From an uncultured bacterium (GTDB lineage: Bacteria > Eisenbacteria > RBG-16-71-46 > CAIMUX01): a stretch of 64,000 nucleotides of DNA. The notes under the pieces were generated by a model. It made no database searches. It was not told where the DNA came from and worked only from the letters and a program-made list of their open reading frames with translations. Location: NCBI GenBank assembly GCA_964636385.1, contig CAZWSC010000047.1, positions 33,576 through 97,575 on the forward strand, given 5' to 3'. Position numbers and translations under genes: made by a program. Below are positions 34,080 to 43,669 of this stretch, piece by piece (positions within the stretch are counted from its first letter, which is position 1; every line of letters begins with the position of its first letter).

Positions 34080-36377
34080 CTACCCGCGCCCGAACCGCTG
34101 CAGGAACCTCGCCATGATCTTCTTGCGCCCCACCTGCTCGAATACCACGGACAGCTTGAGGCTTGAGCCTTCGCCTTCCTGCGACTCCACCCGTCCGACC
34201 CCGAATATCCGGTGCGCTACCATCTCCCCCGCACGGGGCGCATTCGCAGCCGTGGCAGCGCAGACGCGACCGGCATCCCCCCCCCGTGCGCCGGCCGCAG
34301 GATTATCGCCAGCACCGGTCGCGGACTCATCGCCTTCGCTGGTGTCCGGTGCGTCATCAACCTCATCGAAGTCATCCGCATCCGCGGCGCCCCACGGCCG
34401 CCGCCCGGCCGCAGGCCGCCGGGCCTGGCCCGCGGCAGGAATCAGCATCCCGCCCGGGATCTCGTCCAGGAAGCGCGACAGACCGAACCCGCCGCCCCTG
34501 TAGGCCCGCCGGCGGTCGAAGGCCGCGCTGAGGGTCAGGGTCTGCTGTGCCCTGGTTACGGCGACGTAGAAGAGCCGGCGCTCCTCCTCCAGTTCGGCAT
34601 GGTCATCGAATGACGATGCGTGGGGGAACAGGCCCTCCTCCAGGCCGGCTATGAAGACGTGCGGGAACTCGAGCCCCTTGGCGTTGTGCACGGTCATCAT
34701 GACAACGCGCTCCTCCTCCAGACTTGCGTTGTCCAGCTCGGTGTAGAGGGCGACCTGATCGAGATAGGCCTGAACCGTGGGATCCGAGGCCTGGTTGCGG
34801 AACCTCAGGGCCCCGGCAATCAGCTCGTGAACGTTGGCCTGCCTGTCCTCCCAGTCGCTGTCAGCCTCCTTCAGCCAGTCCATGTAGCCGGTCTCTTCAA
34901 CCGCGATCTGAAGCAGCGCATCCGGCCCGTCCGCAATCTGCTCCCGAAGCTGCCCTATCAGCGAGGCGAACTCCTTCAGCCTCTTCGCGGCCTTCCCGCG
35001 TACACGACCCTCCGCGGCCGCCGATGCGCACGCCTGCACCGCATCTCCGCCGTGCGCGGAGGCGAGCTGAACGATCCGTTCCACACTCACCTGCCCGATA
35101 CCGCGGCGCGGCGCCGACAGCGCGCGCGCAAGGCTCGGCAGATCCCGCGGGTTCATCGCCAGCCGCAGGTATGCGATCAGATCCTTGACCTCACGGCGCT
35201 GATAGAAGGCGATCCCGCCAAGAACCACGTACGGCAGCCCGAACGTGAGGCAAGCCTCCTCGATCGGGCGTGACTGCGCGTGCACGCGGTACAGGATGGC
35301 CGTCTCGCCGGGGCGGAACCTGCCATCCTTCCTCCCCTGCATGATCGCCGAGACCAGCCGCCCCGCCTCCTCATCCTCGTCGGGGGCGATGATCAGGACT
35401 GGCCGGTCACCGGACGGGTTCTCCGTCCAGAGCGACTTTTCGTGGCGGCCCTCGTTGTTCCTGATCACTGCATTCGCCAGCTCCAGAATCTGCCCGCTCG
35501 AGCGGTAGTTCTGCGTCATCTTCAGGACTGTCGCGTCGGGAAAGTGCTTCTCGAACTCCAGTATGTTTGTGATGTCCGCACCCCGCCATCCGTAGATCGA
35601 CTGGTCGTCATCGCCGACAACCATGACGTTCCCGTGCACGCCTGCGAGCCGGCGCACCAGGCGGAACTGGATAGGGTTGGTGTCCTGGTACTCGTCCACC
35701 AGTATGTGCCGGAACTTCTGCGCATACGTGTCGCCGAGATCTTCGTGCGACTCGAGCAGCCTCACCGCAAGAAGCAGGAGGTCATCGAAGTCCGCACCTC
35801 CCTGGGCCCGCAGGGCCTCCTGATACGCGCGGTAGAGGGCGGCGACCTTCGCGCTCCGGGGATGCGGCCACTCCGCCTCCATCTGCTCGGGCTCCCACAT
35901 GCGGTTCTTCGCGAACGAGATCAGGGAGGCCAGTTCGCGCAGCCGCGGCAGCTCCGGGTCCTGTCCCCCCTGCTCCTTCAGAAGGCGGCGAAGAAGCGAT
36001 GCCTGGTCGTCGGTATCGAACACGGTGATCCCGTCCCGAAAGCCCAGCCGGTCTCCGTGACGCCTCAGAAGCCGCAGACAGATCGAGTGGAAGGTGCCGA
36101 TCCAGAGGCCGGCGGCATCGAAGCCGAGCATCGACTCCACGCGCGAACGCATCTCGCCGGCAGCCTTGTTGGTGAATGTGACCGCCAGGATGCGTTCCGG
36201 CGGGATCGAGCGGTCGAGGATCAGGTGCACTATGCGCCGCGTCAGCACCCGCGTCTTTCCGCTGCCGGCGCCCGCAAGGACAAGCAGGGCCCCGTCGCCG
36301 TGAAGAACCGCCTCACGCTGTACAGGGTTGAGATCGCCGGGCATGGTCCCGGCGCCGGAGTTCTGTGATCCGTTCAT
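34080..36377 (-). CDS. pcrA: UvrD/PcrA-type ATP-dependent DNA helicase
   Basis: LVLAGAGSGKTRVLT (Walker A), ILVDEYQDTN, TVHNAKGLEFPHVF and YVAVTRA. There is a C-terminal Tudor-like tail. Confidence 0.9.
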   Translation of the reverse strand: MNGSQNSGAGTMPGDLNPVQREAVLHGDGALLVLAGAGSGKTRVLTRRIVHLILDRSIPPERILAVTFTNKAAGEMRSRVESMLGFDAAGLWIGTFHSICLRLLRRHGDRLGFRDGITVFDTDDQASLLRRLLKEQGGQDPELPRLRELASLISFAKNRMWEPEQMEAEWPHPRSAKVAALYRAYQEALRAQGGADFDDLLLLAVRLLESHEDLGDTYAQKFRHILVDEYQDTNPIQFRLVRRLAGVHGNVMVVGDDDQSIYGWRGADITNILEFEKHFPDATVLKMTQNYRSSGQILELANAVIRNNEGRHEKSLWTENPSGDRPVLIIAPDEDEEAGRLVSAIMQGRKDGRFRPGETAILYRVHAQSRPIEEACLTFGLPYVVLGGIAFYQRREVKDLIAYLRLAMNPRDLPSLARALSAPRRGIGQVSVERIVQLASAHGGDAVQACASAAAEGRVRGKAAKRLKEFASLIGQLREQIADGPDALLQIAVEETGYMDWLKEADSDWEDRQANVHELIAGALRFRNQASDPTVQAYLDQVALYTELDNASLEEERVVMMTVHNAKGLEFPHVFIAGLEEGLFPHASSFDDHAELEEERRLFYVAVTRAQQTLTLSAAFDRRRAYRGGGFGLSRFLDEIPGGMLIPAAGQARRPAAGRRPWGAADADDFDEVDDAPDTSEGDESATGAGDNPAAGARGGDAGRVCAATAANAPRAGEMVAHRIFGVGRVESQEGEGSSLKLSVVFEQVGRKKIMARFLQRFGRG

Positions 36378-36383
36378 CTGCCG

Positions 36384-39300
36384 TCAATACTCGATCCTGA
36401 GCCTGAGGTCGAGGGAATAGGTATCCTGCGGCAAGCGGTCCTCCATCTCGCGTCGGTCCATCGCTGCGTTCAGGAAGAGCCGGTTGCTGAGCCTGTAGTT
36501 CAGCGACACCTCGCGCCATGGATCCGAAGTCAGCTCCTGCGAGTAGTTCAGGCTCCACTGGGGCTGCACGATCGGGCGGACGTTGATGCGCACGGGCTCT
36601 GCGGCGCTCAGCCCGCCCGTGATCTGCACCCGGGACACCCACGGGAGCTGCTGAATGAGCTGGCGTTCCACCTGGCTCATCAGCTCGGCCTCCAGGTACT
36701 GGCGCGTGGGATCGCCGGCCGTGAACCGCCCGAACTCGGGACTGCCCAGCTGGCCGACGCTGAGAAGCTCGATCAACTGCTCCTGCGAGTAGTCCGGCCG
36801 GTTCGGGCTCGACAGCGCCACTTCCAGCTGTTCGGGCGTGCCTGTCACATCCACCCTGATGTGAACCGGCCCTTCGTCCTCCGGGCCGGGGATCTGCGTC
36901 ATCCCCTGTATATCAAGTACCGGAACAGGACCGACCCCTGTGTCCTCGAACTCCACGCGACCCTCAGTGAGGCGGAAGGAGCGGTTGAAGATGCGGTACT
37001 GCCCATCCAGCACCTGGATCGATCCGCCAAGGTTCACGTGCGGCCAGCGGAAGCTGACCAGGAGTTCGGCCTCCCCCAGGTCGACCGTGGCCGTCGGCAT
37101 GTGGACGCGGATGTTGCCCGGGGCCGACACCTCCAGGTCCACCAGCCAAGGTGTGTATGGAGGAGGTCCCGCAGGCGCCTGCTGCGCGAGGTCCATTGTA
37201 ACGAGCCCGTCCCTCACCCTGACCCTTCCGCTCACGGTGGGACGCAGCGAATCTCCCTCCATGACGGGCTGCGCCAGAAAGTCACCGTCCAGGGTGAAGC
37301 GGTAGTTCCCAGTCTCGAAGACCGGGGCTTCCCGCACTGTGGCGCTGAGACCGAAGTGATCCTCGTCGAGGTAGATTCCGTGCACCTCCAGGCGGCCGGT
37401 CTCGTTGAGCCTGCCCCTGGCGTTCACGATCTCGATGCCGCCGGGACCAAGCACGAGATCGGCGTTGAGCCGTGAGACCCTGTCCTCGCGGCCGGGAACC
37501 CGGAATGCCCCTTCGCGTATCTGCAGTCCGCCTGTCGCGTAAAGATTCGGCGGCACGCCCTGAAGACGCACATCCCCCGACAGGCGCCCCTGGGGATCCT
37601 GGATCAGGCTTGTTATCAGCGACGCGAGAGACATGTCGACATCCGGGAGTTCGGTGCGAAGGTCCACCGAGTCGGGCAGGAGCCTCACTTCATCCGGATC
37701 CAGCACAAGGCTGATGGGCACAGATCCCCACGTGCGGGATCTCTGGCTGCCTGTGTGCCAGTCGATGTCGTGCACACGCAGAAGCGAGTCTGCGTACGAG
37801 AGATGCATCTTCACGGAGTCCCCCCACGCCTGGTGGATCCGGATCCCCTCCCCTTTCGCGCGAAAGTTCAGTTCGGGCGCGTTCCCGCGTCCGGAAATCC
37901 CGGCTGACACAGACAGGCGGCCCGCGATTCCGGATGGCCGCCGTTCCGCCTCGCGTATCGCAGAGGGCCGCTCCACGCGTATCACGTTCATCATCGGATC
38001 CAGCGGTTCTGCGAAACCTGCGCCCGGACCCCTCTGGGTGCGCGGGGCGAGGACGGGCGTCAGAACAGGCGCCAGGGGGACCCGGCCCACCTCCACGCTG
38101 CCCCCAATGGAAGAGTGCATCAGCAGATCCCTTGGAGAGTCGGAGATGGCTTCAAGCGCCTCGCTCCATGGGAGGTCGGGAGTTATGAAGAGCGAGTCGA
38201 CGCGCACACTGACCGGCGCACCCACAGGCTGGGGCCCGATCCGCTCCAGACCGGGGAGCAGGCCGAAAAAGCCCCGTCCGGTGGCGCGAAGCGAGTCCAT
38301 GCGTACACCGACACCCTCGCCCGCACTTGCGGAGAAGTCGATCGACTCCCATATCCAGTCCATCGTCTCCGCTCCGCTGATCCTTGCACTCAGGGACAGC
38401 CGCGGCGATCCAAGGGTTCCCGACCCCTCCGCCGCGAAGCTTCCGAATCCCGAGAAGCCGGTGCGGTCCAGATCGAGGTAATCTGCAGCTCTTCCGAAAT
38501 CGAGATCCTCACCGGCGAGCCGGAAGGCGAACGGTTCGGTCCCCGGACTGCCGGGTCGCGGCCTGAGATAGCCGGATCCCTCCAGGGATCCGACTTCCGA
38601 CGTCGCGCGCAGCGTATCCACCCGGACTTCGCTGCTGCCGAACACAAGCCCGGGTTGGACCGCGAGGTCCCAACCCGGGGCGGACCCTGGTTCCACGCGC
38701 AGGCTGTCGAAGATCACTATTCCCGGGTCTGAAGGGTGGACCCTCGCCCGCAGTCCGACTGCAGTCGTATCCCGCAGTGCCAGAATGACGGTGCGGATGG
38801 TGTCATCCATCTGGATGTGCCCCCGGAGTGAATCGATCGCCACTCCACCGGCAATGAAGCCACTGCCCCTCAGATTCGCCTGGAGACTCAGAGGATCCAA
38901 GGTGCCCCGGATCTGGTCCAGCCTGAGGGTATCGAGGATCACCCCCTCAACCATCGCATCTCCGAATCCAAGGTCGGCTTCCAGGAATATCGCCCCTTCT
39001 CCGCCTCCTCGAAGGTCGAACGGACCGTGCACCCGTCCGCTCGCCTCTATTCCGGCCCATGGAGCGAGGAGTTCCTCCAGCCGGCCGCCCCGGAGTTCGC
39101 CGACTGCCGCGATCACCCCGGTTTCGCGATCAAGCAGAAACCTTGCTGCGAGAATGGAGAGTGCGCTGTCCGGAGGCTGCAGGATCGCTGCCCGCACCTC
39201 CGCAGGATCGAGCGAGATCCTCGCCAGCAGTGGGGTGACATGGCCGTCGGCCAGCCTCCCGCCGTCAAGGCGGATTTCGGCATCGACCCGGGCATAGGAA

Positions 39301-40484
39301 TCCAGCGGTTCCGCCCTTGCCGTAACGCGGCCTGTCAGCCGGGATGCGGGAAGGCCCTCCGCAGCAAGGGAAACCGGGTATCGCGAGAGGTCCAGCCCGG
39401 CAAAGCGGAACCGGGTCCAGGCCCGCCCCGGGGCCCAGGTTGCTTCTCCACTTGCGTGCAGCCCTCCATATCTGACTCGAAGCGAACCCAGGTGAACGGT
39501 ATCCGGCTGCGCCATAAGACCGGCAACCAGCGTGTCCAGGGGGACCCCGAACAGCCGCCCGTGCAGGTCCAGGTCCGCCCACAGTGCCCGAATGCCTGCT
39601 TCATTGCCGGCAGCATCAATCGCGACGTGTCCGGCCAGGGAGTCTGTCTCCTGCAGGGGCAGATCCAGCATGCGAAGCGGGTAGATCTGCTGAGGAAGGA
39701 TCCGGTCCATCCTCAGAAGCAATCGGGCTGTCGACCCGGTCTCGCCGTACACTCCCTCCCGGACCCAGCTCCCCTTGAGATCTCCCTCCAGACCGGTCCC
39801 GGAAATCCTCAACGAATCCAGGTGGAGTGACTGGACAAGCCGTCCACGAACCCTTCCATCACTCAGAAACAGCTTCAAGGAGTCCGGACAATCCATTACA
39901 AACAAATGAACAAGCCTTCCGGACACACGGCCTTCCTGGTGCTCAAGGTCGGCGAGCTCGAGTTCGCCCTCGTACACGGCCTGCCCACCCCGGCGGACCG
40001 CGATCCCCTCAGCCTGCAGGCTGGGACACTGGATAGATGGAAGCAGGAGTTGCATGGCAAACTCTCGCTCCCTCTTCGGTGATGCAGGCACCAAGAGGGG
40101 ATCCGGCACCCTGTCCAGGTCCAGATCCAGACCGGAGAGGTGCAGGCGCGATACGTGGATCCTGCGCCCGAGGAGATCAGCCGGGTGCCACGCGACATCC
40201 AGGTCGGCGAGAGTGGCCCATGAAGACCACTCACCCCCATCCCCCGGACCGCGTGTCTCGATCCGTACTCCACGGACACGCAGCCCATACGGATCGAAGC
40301 GTTCGACCGTGTCGATGCGCAGGCGCTGCTCCCCGTCCAGCACGGATAGAGCGCCACTTCGGTCCAGGACCCAGTGCCGTACGGCTGAGACCCGCAGGAG
40401 CAGAAAGGGCGAAGCTGCCAGCAGGATCACCAGCAGGATGAGGGAGACCGGCGTCCCCCAGGCCCATCGAACCCACGTGCGCAT
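36384..40484 (-). CDS. tamB: TamB-like translocation and assembly module protein (AsmA-like/DUF490)
   Basis: 1366 aa. It has an N-terminal TM anchor (VSLILLVILLAASPFLLL), a long beta-rich body, and a C-terminal end ...YSLDLRLRIEY. Its start overlaps the Omp85 stop by 1 nt (TGATG). Confidence 0.8.
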   Translation of the reverse strand: MRTWVRWAWGTPVSLILLVILLAASPFLLLRVSAVRHWVLDRSGALSVLDGEQRLRIDTVERFDPYGLRVRGVRIETRGPGDGGEWSSWATLADLDVAWHPADLLGRRIHVSRLHLSGLDLDLDRVPDPLLVPASPKREREFAMQLLLPSIQCPSLQAEGIAVRRGGQAVYEGELELADLEHQEGRVSGRLVHLFVMDCPDSLKLFLSDGRVRGRLVQSLHLDSLRISGTGLEGDLKGSWVREGVYGETGSTARLLLRMDRILPQQIYPLRMLDLPLQETDSLAGHVAIDAAGNEAGIRALWADLDLHGRLFGVPLDTLVAGLMAQPDTVHLGSLRVRYGGLHASGEATWAPGRAWTRFRFAGLDLSRYPVSLAAEGLPASRLTGRVTARAEPLDSYARVDAEIRLDGGRLADGHVTPLLARISLDPAEVRAAILQPPDSALSILAARFLLDRETGVIAAVGELRGGRLEELLAPWAGIEASGRVHGPFDLRGGGEGAIFLEADLGFGDAMVEGVILDTLRLDQIRGTLDPLSLQANLRGSGFIAGGVAIDSLRGHIQMDDTIRTVILALRDTTAVGLRARVHPSDPGIVIFDSLRVEPGSAPGWDLAVQPGLVFGSSEVRVDTLRATSEVGSLEGSGYLRPRPGSPGTEPFAFRLAGEDLDFGRAADYLDLDRTGFSGFGSFAAEGSGTLGSPRLSLSARISGAETMDWIWESIDFSASAGEGVGVRMDSLRATGRGFFGLLPGLERIGPQPVGAPVSVRVDSLFITPDLPWSEALEAISDSPRDLLMHSSIGGSVEVGRVPLAPVLTPVLAPRTQRGPGAGFAEPLDPMMNVIRVERPSAIREAERRPSGIAGRLSVSAGISGRGNAPELNFRAKGEGIRIHQAWGDSVKMHLSYADSLLRVHDIDWHTGSQRSRTWGSVPISLVLDPDEVRLLPDSVDLRTELPDVDMSLASLITSLIQDPQGRLSGDVRLQGVPPNLYATGGLQIREGAFRVPGREDRVSRLNADLVLGPGGIEIVNARGRLNETGRLEVHGIYLDEDHFGLSATVREAPVFETGNYRFTLDGDFLAQPVMEGDSLRPTVSGRVRVRDGLVTMDLAQQAPAGPPPYTPWLVDLEVSAPGNIRVHMPTATVDLGEAELLVSFRWPHVNLGGSIQVLDGQYRIFNRSFRLTEGRVEFEDTGVGPVPVLDIQGMTQIPGPEDEGPVHIRVDVTGTPEQLEVALSSPNRPDYSQEQLIELLSVGQLGSPEFGRFTAGDPTRQYLEAELMSQVERQLIQQLPWVSRVQITGGLSAAEPVRINVRPIVQPQWSLNYSQELTSDPWREVSLNYRLSNRLFLNAAMDRREMEDRLPQDTYSLDLRLRIEY

Positions 40485-42382
40485 CAGAATGCCTGCCCGA
40501 GGGCGACATGCAGGGTTCCGGAACTCTCGCCCGGAACCCGACCACTGCCCACCTTGAAGCCGTAGTCGAATCGGAACGGACCTACCGGCGTCTTCATTCG
40601 TACGCCCAGACCGACTCCATGGGCCACGTTCAACGGGTTGTAGGTGCGTGTGGTCAGTCCGTCGGGGAAACGCCTCAGCTTGATCTCGGAAACGTCACTC
40701 CAGACATTCCCCGAGTCCAGGAAGACCCCGCCCTGCAGAAGCCAGAACATGGGGAAGCGGATTTCGATACTGACCAGGAACATAACAAGTCCCCCTACAG
40801 GTGCATCGTCCGGGTCCAACCGCCCCACCCTGCTTTCAGAGTAACCACGCACCGTGTTCCCGCCGCCGATCCTGTACCTCTCCTCCCACGGTATCCTGGA
40901 CAGGCTGAGAGTATCGCTGTGCTCCGCGACCGCGGGCCCTCTGCCGACGGGCATGACCCGCCCGGCCTTCACCCGGGCGGCAAAAGTCCATCCCGGTTCC
41001 GGGCTCAGGTAGCCCTGCCAGGCGCCGGTGACGCGGGCGAACTCGTTCGTTCCGCCCAGAAGTCCGCCTGCATACTCTGTCGTGATGCGCAACACCCGTC
41101 CCTGGGCGGGGTCGAAGACGTTGTCCCGACGGTCCTGGACCATGTCGGCCGTAACGAACCGTGTCGTGTACTCAGGCAGCACCCCCCGTTCGGTGGTGTA
41201 GATATGCTTGCTCTGGAAGCTCAGATCCAGCTTGGTCCTGCGGCTCAGGTCCCGACGCAGCGCTGTCGTGTATCCAAGGGTACGCTGGTGGAAGTTCTCC
41301 TCCTGCAGCCATCGGATGTAGGGAGAGAGCAGGCCGCGGGTGCGTGTGCCGAAGACCCACGGCTCCATGTAGTCGACCTGGACCAGCCCCTCGCGGAACT
41401 TGAAACCTCCGCCGCGGAATTCGGGCGCAAGGGAGTAGTACACATTACCAGCAAGGGCCAGTCTTCGCCCTGCCCCGCCAAGGTTGCGAAGCCCCCACTC
41501 GCTGCTGAAGCGCATCCGATCCGCCGAGGTGTAACCGGCGCCTGCCCCGTACCAGGCCGGCTTTCGTTCCTCCACACGAACAGTCAGGTCGGCCACTCCG
41601 GACTCCCTGTCCGGGATGTCGGGCAGGATGCGGGATCTCCGAAAGACGCCCGTGCCGAGAAGCCGCTCCTGGCTGTCGAGTATGCGCCGGCTGGTCATCA
41701 GGTCCCCGGTACCCAGGGTGAGTTCGCGGCGAACAGTTCGTTCCCGGGACCTGGTCAGACCTTCGACGTGAATCTCCCCCACGTAGACCGGAGGGCCGGG
41801 GTCAACGTGCAGCAGAACCGTGGCGCTGTCGGCCGCATACCGGATCTCGAGGTCGGTTGTGGCCATCGTGTGCCCCATCCGGGCGCAGAAGTCCTCCAGG
41901 CGGTCACGCTCCGCCCTGATTCCGGACCATGAGAGAGGCTCGCCCGCCTTGAGCTTCGTTCCGGCTTCGAAAAGCTGTTCCCACTCCGGGCTGAGCCCGA
42001 TGGTGCGCCTCCCGCGGTAGTGGATCCTCGGACCTTCATCGACGCGGATCAGCACCTCACTTACCGCATCCTCCTCTTCGTTGAACCTGACCACCGCTTC
42101 CCTGATGCGGGCGAATGGGAACCCCTCTTCAGCGTAGCGCGCCACTATCGCATGCAGGTCGGAGGCCAGAAAGTCCGAACCCATGTACCTCGGCCGCGAG
42201 AACGGACGCCACCAGGCCGGTTGGCGCAGGCGCATTGCAGAGCGGAGTTGCCTGTCGCCGAGATGCCGGTTCCCCTCGAAACGGATCGAGTGAAGCCGCG
42301 GGGCATCGCCGACCTGCGCCCGGGCGGGCACTGCGTCCAGGGCGACGGCAATCAGCACGCAGATGAGGATCACCGGCCTCAT
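40484..42382 (-). CDS. Omp85-family outer membrane protein (TamA/BamA-like; POTRA domains + beta-barrel)
   Basis: Start at MRPVILICVLIAVALDAVPARAQ (ATG 42382). POTRA-like IRFEGNRHLGDRQLRSAM is present. The barrel ends in ...LHVALGQAF with a terminal aromatic residue. About 632 aa. Confidence 0.85.
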   Translation of the reverse strand: MRPVILICVLIAVALDAVPARAQVGDAPRLHSIRFEGNRHLGDRQLRSAMRLRQPAWWRPFSRPRYMGSDFLASDLHAIVARYAEEGFPFARIREAVVRFNEEEDAVSEVLIRVDEGPRIHYRGRRTIGLSPEWEQLFEAGTKLKAGEPLSWSGIRAERDRLEDFCARMGHTMATTDLEIRYAADSATVLLHVDPGPPVYVGEIHVEGLTRSRERTVRRELTLGTGDLMTSRRILDSQERLLGTGVFRRSRILPDIPDRESGVADLTVRVEERKPAWYGAGAGYTSADRMRFSSEWGLRNLGGAGRRLALAGNVYYSLAPEFRGGGFKFREGLVQVDYMEPWVFGTRTRGLLSPYIRWLQEENFHQRTLGYTTALRRDLSRRTKLDLSFQSKHIYTTERGVLPEYTTRFVTADMVQDRRDNVFDPAQGRVLRITTEYAGGLLGGTNEFARVTGAWQGYLSPEPGWTFAARVKAGRVMPVGRGPAVAEHSDTLSLSRIPWEERYRIGGGNTVRGYSESRVGRLDPDDAPVGGLVMFLVSIEIRFPMFWLLQGGVFLDSGNVWSDVSEIKLRRFPDGLTTRTYNPLNVAHGVGLGVRMKTPVGPFRFDYGFKVGSGRVPGESSGTLHVALGQAF

Positions 42383-42387
42383 GCGAT

Positions 42388-43581
42388 TCACTCCAGGCAT
42401 TCCAGAACCGCTTGTGCATGGTCGCGGGCCCACCGATCAGCATCGAGGACCGAATCGAGATCCACCAGCGGTTCGTTCCGTCTCGCGTCCAGAACCCTCT
42501 CGAGGCAATCGGCTATCCGGGGGAAGCGAATCCGCCCACTCAGGAATGCATCAACGGCCACTTCGTCCGCGGCATTCAGAACCGCCGGAGCCGTGCCTCC
42601 CTCCTTCAGGGCGCGCTGGGCCAGCGCAAGACATGGATAGAGGTCCGGGTTCACCGCCTCGAACTGAAGGCTGCCCAGAGCGGTCAGATCGCACTGACCT
42701 AGGCCGATGTCCCATCTCTCCGGATACGACAGCGCATACAGAATCGGCCCGCGCATGTCCGGCGACGCCAGCTGAGCCGTGGTTGAACCGTCCTTCCACT
42801 GTACGAGCCCATGAACGATCGACTGGGGATGAATCCAGACCCCTATGCGGTCCGGATCGAGGCCGAAGAGCCAGCGCGCCTCCATCACCTCGAAACCCTT
42901 GTTCAGCAGGGTTGCCGAATCGATCGTGATGCGCGGCCCCATTGACCATGTCGGATGATTGAGCGCCTGTTCGGGTGTGACGCTCTCGAGGTCGGAAGGA
43001 TTGCGGCCGCGGAACGGTCCTCCCGACGCCGTGAGAATGACCTGTCCGATCTCTTCGACAGCGTGACCGTCAAGGCACTGGAAGAGCGCGCTGTGTTCGC
43101 TGTCCACGGGAAGCAGGGATCCGTTTCCGGAGTGCAGTTCCCTGGTGATCACCTCTCCTGCTATGACGAGGGATTCCTTGTTCGCCAGAGCAAGCCGCTT
43201 CCCCGCGCCAAGCGCGGCGCTGGAGGGACGAAGACCCGCCGCCCCGACGATCCCGTTCAGGATCGTGTCGGCCTCGGAGAGAGCGGCGAGCCTTTCCGCC
43301 GCGTCGGGGCCTGCCCAGACTTCGCCGTCCCATCGGCCCCGCAACCGCCCCGCAAGGAGATCCGCCGATTCATCGCAGGCAAGCGCCGCTATCTTCGGCC
43401 GATGCAGGAGCACCAGCTCCGCCAGGCCTTCATGGTCTGCCCGGCCCGAGAGGCCGATGACTTCCAGGCGCCCGTCCGATCGGCCGACCACGTCCAGGGC
43501 AGAGCGTCCGATCGATCCGGTTGCACCGAGGATACAGATCCTGCGCGGCCGGATCCCCTGGTTCTGCATATCCTCACTCAT
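42388..43581 (-). CDS. dxr: 1-deoxy-D-xylulose 5-phosphate reductoisomerase
   Basis: ICILGATGSIGRSALDV, LANKESLV, PVDSEHSA and NHPTWSMG. The start is uncertain (ATG 43581 or 43569; the track begins at 43617). Confidence 0.92.
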   Translation of the reverse strand: MSEDMQNQGIRPRRICILGATGSIGRSALDVVGRSDGRLEVIGLSGRADHEGLAELVLLHRPKIAALACDESADLLAGRLRGRWDGEVWAGPDAAERLAALSEADTILNGIVGAAGLRPSSAALGAGKRLALANKESLVIAGEVITRELHSGNGSLLPVDSEHSALFQCLDGHAVEEIGQVILTASGGPFRGRNPSDLESVTPEQALNHPTWSMGPRITIDSATLLNKGFEVMEARWLFGLDPDRIGVWIHPQSIVHGLVQWKDGSTTAQLASPDMRGPILYALSYPERWDIGLGQCDLTALGSLQFEAVNPDLYPCLALAQRALKEGGTAPAVLNAADEVAVDAFLSGRIRFPRIADCLERVLDARRNEPLVDLDSVLDADRWARDHAQAVLECLE

Positions 43582-43669
43582 ATCCGGCAATCTATCCGAT
43601 CCGGCCGATCTGCGCACCTGGTCACGCGCACTTCCGGCATCGCTGTGGAGGATTCATGAGTGGTCCGGT

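Noticed and set aside
34620-36368. Plus-strand ORFs (217, 154 and 362 aa) inside pcrA. The same applies to 40508..41932 in the Omp85 gene, 44216..45352, 45938..47188, 48197..49405, 49941..51023, 52569..54083 in rel, 55216..55956, and 61827..62819.
   Set aside because: All are antisense to genes with unambiguous family motifs, and they have the typical high-GC antisense composition.
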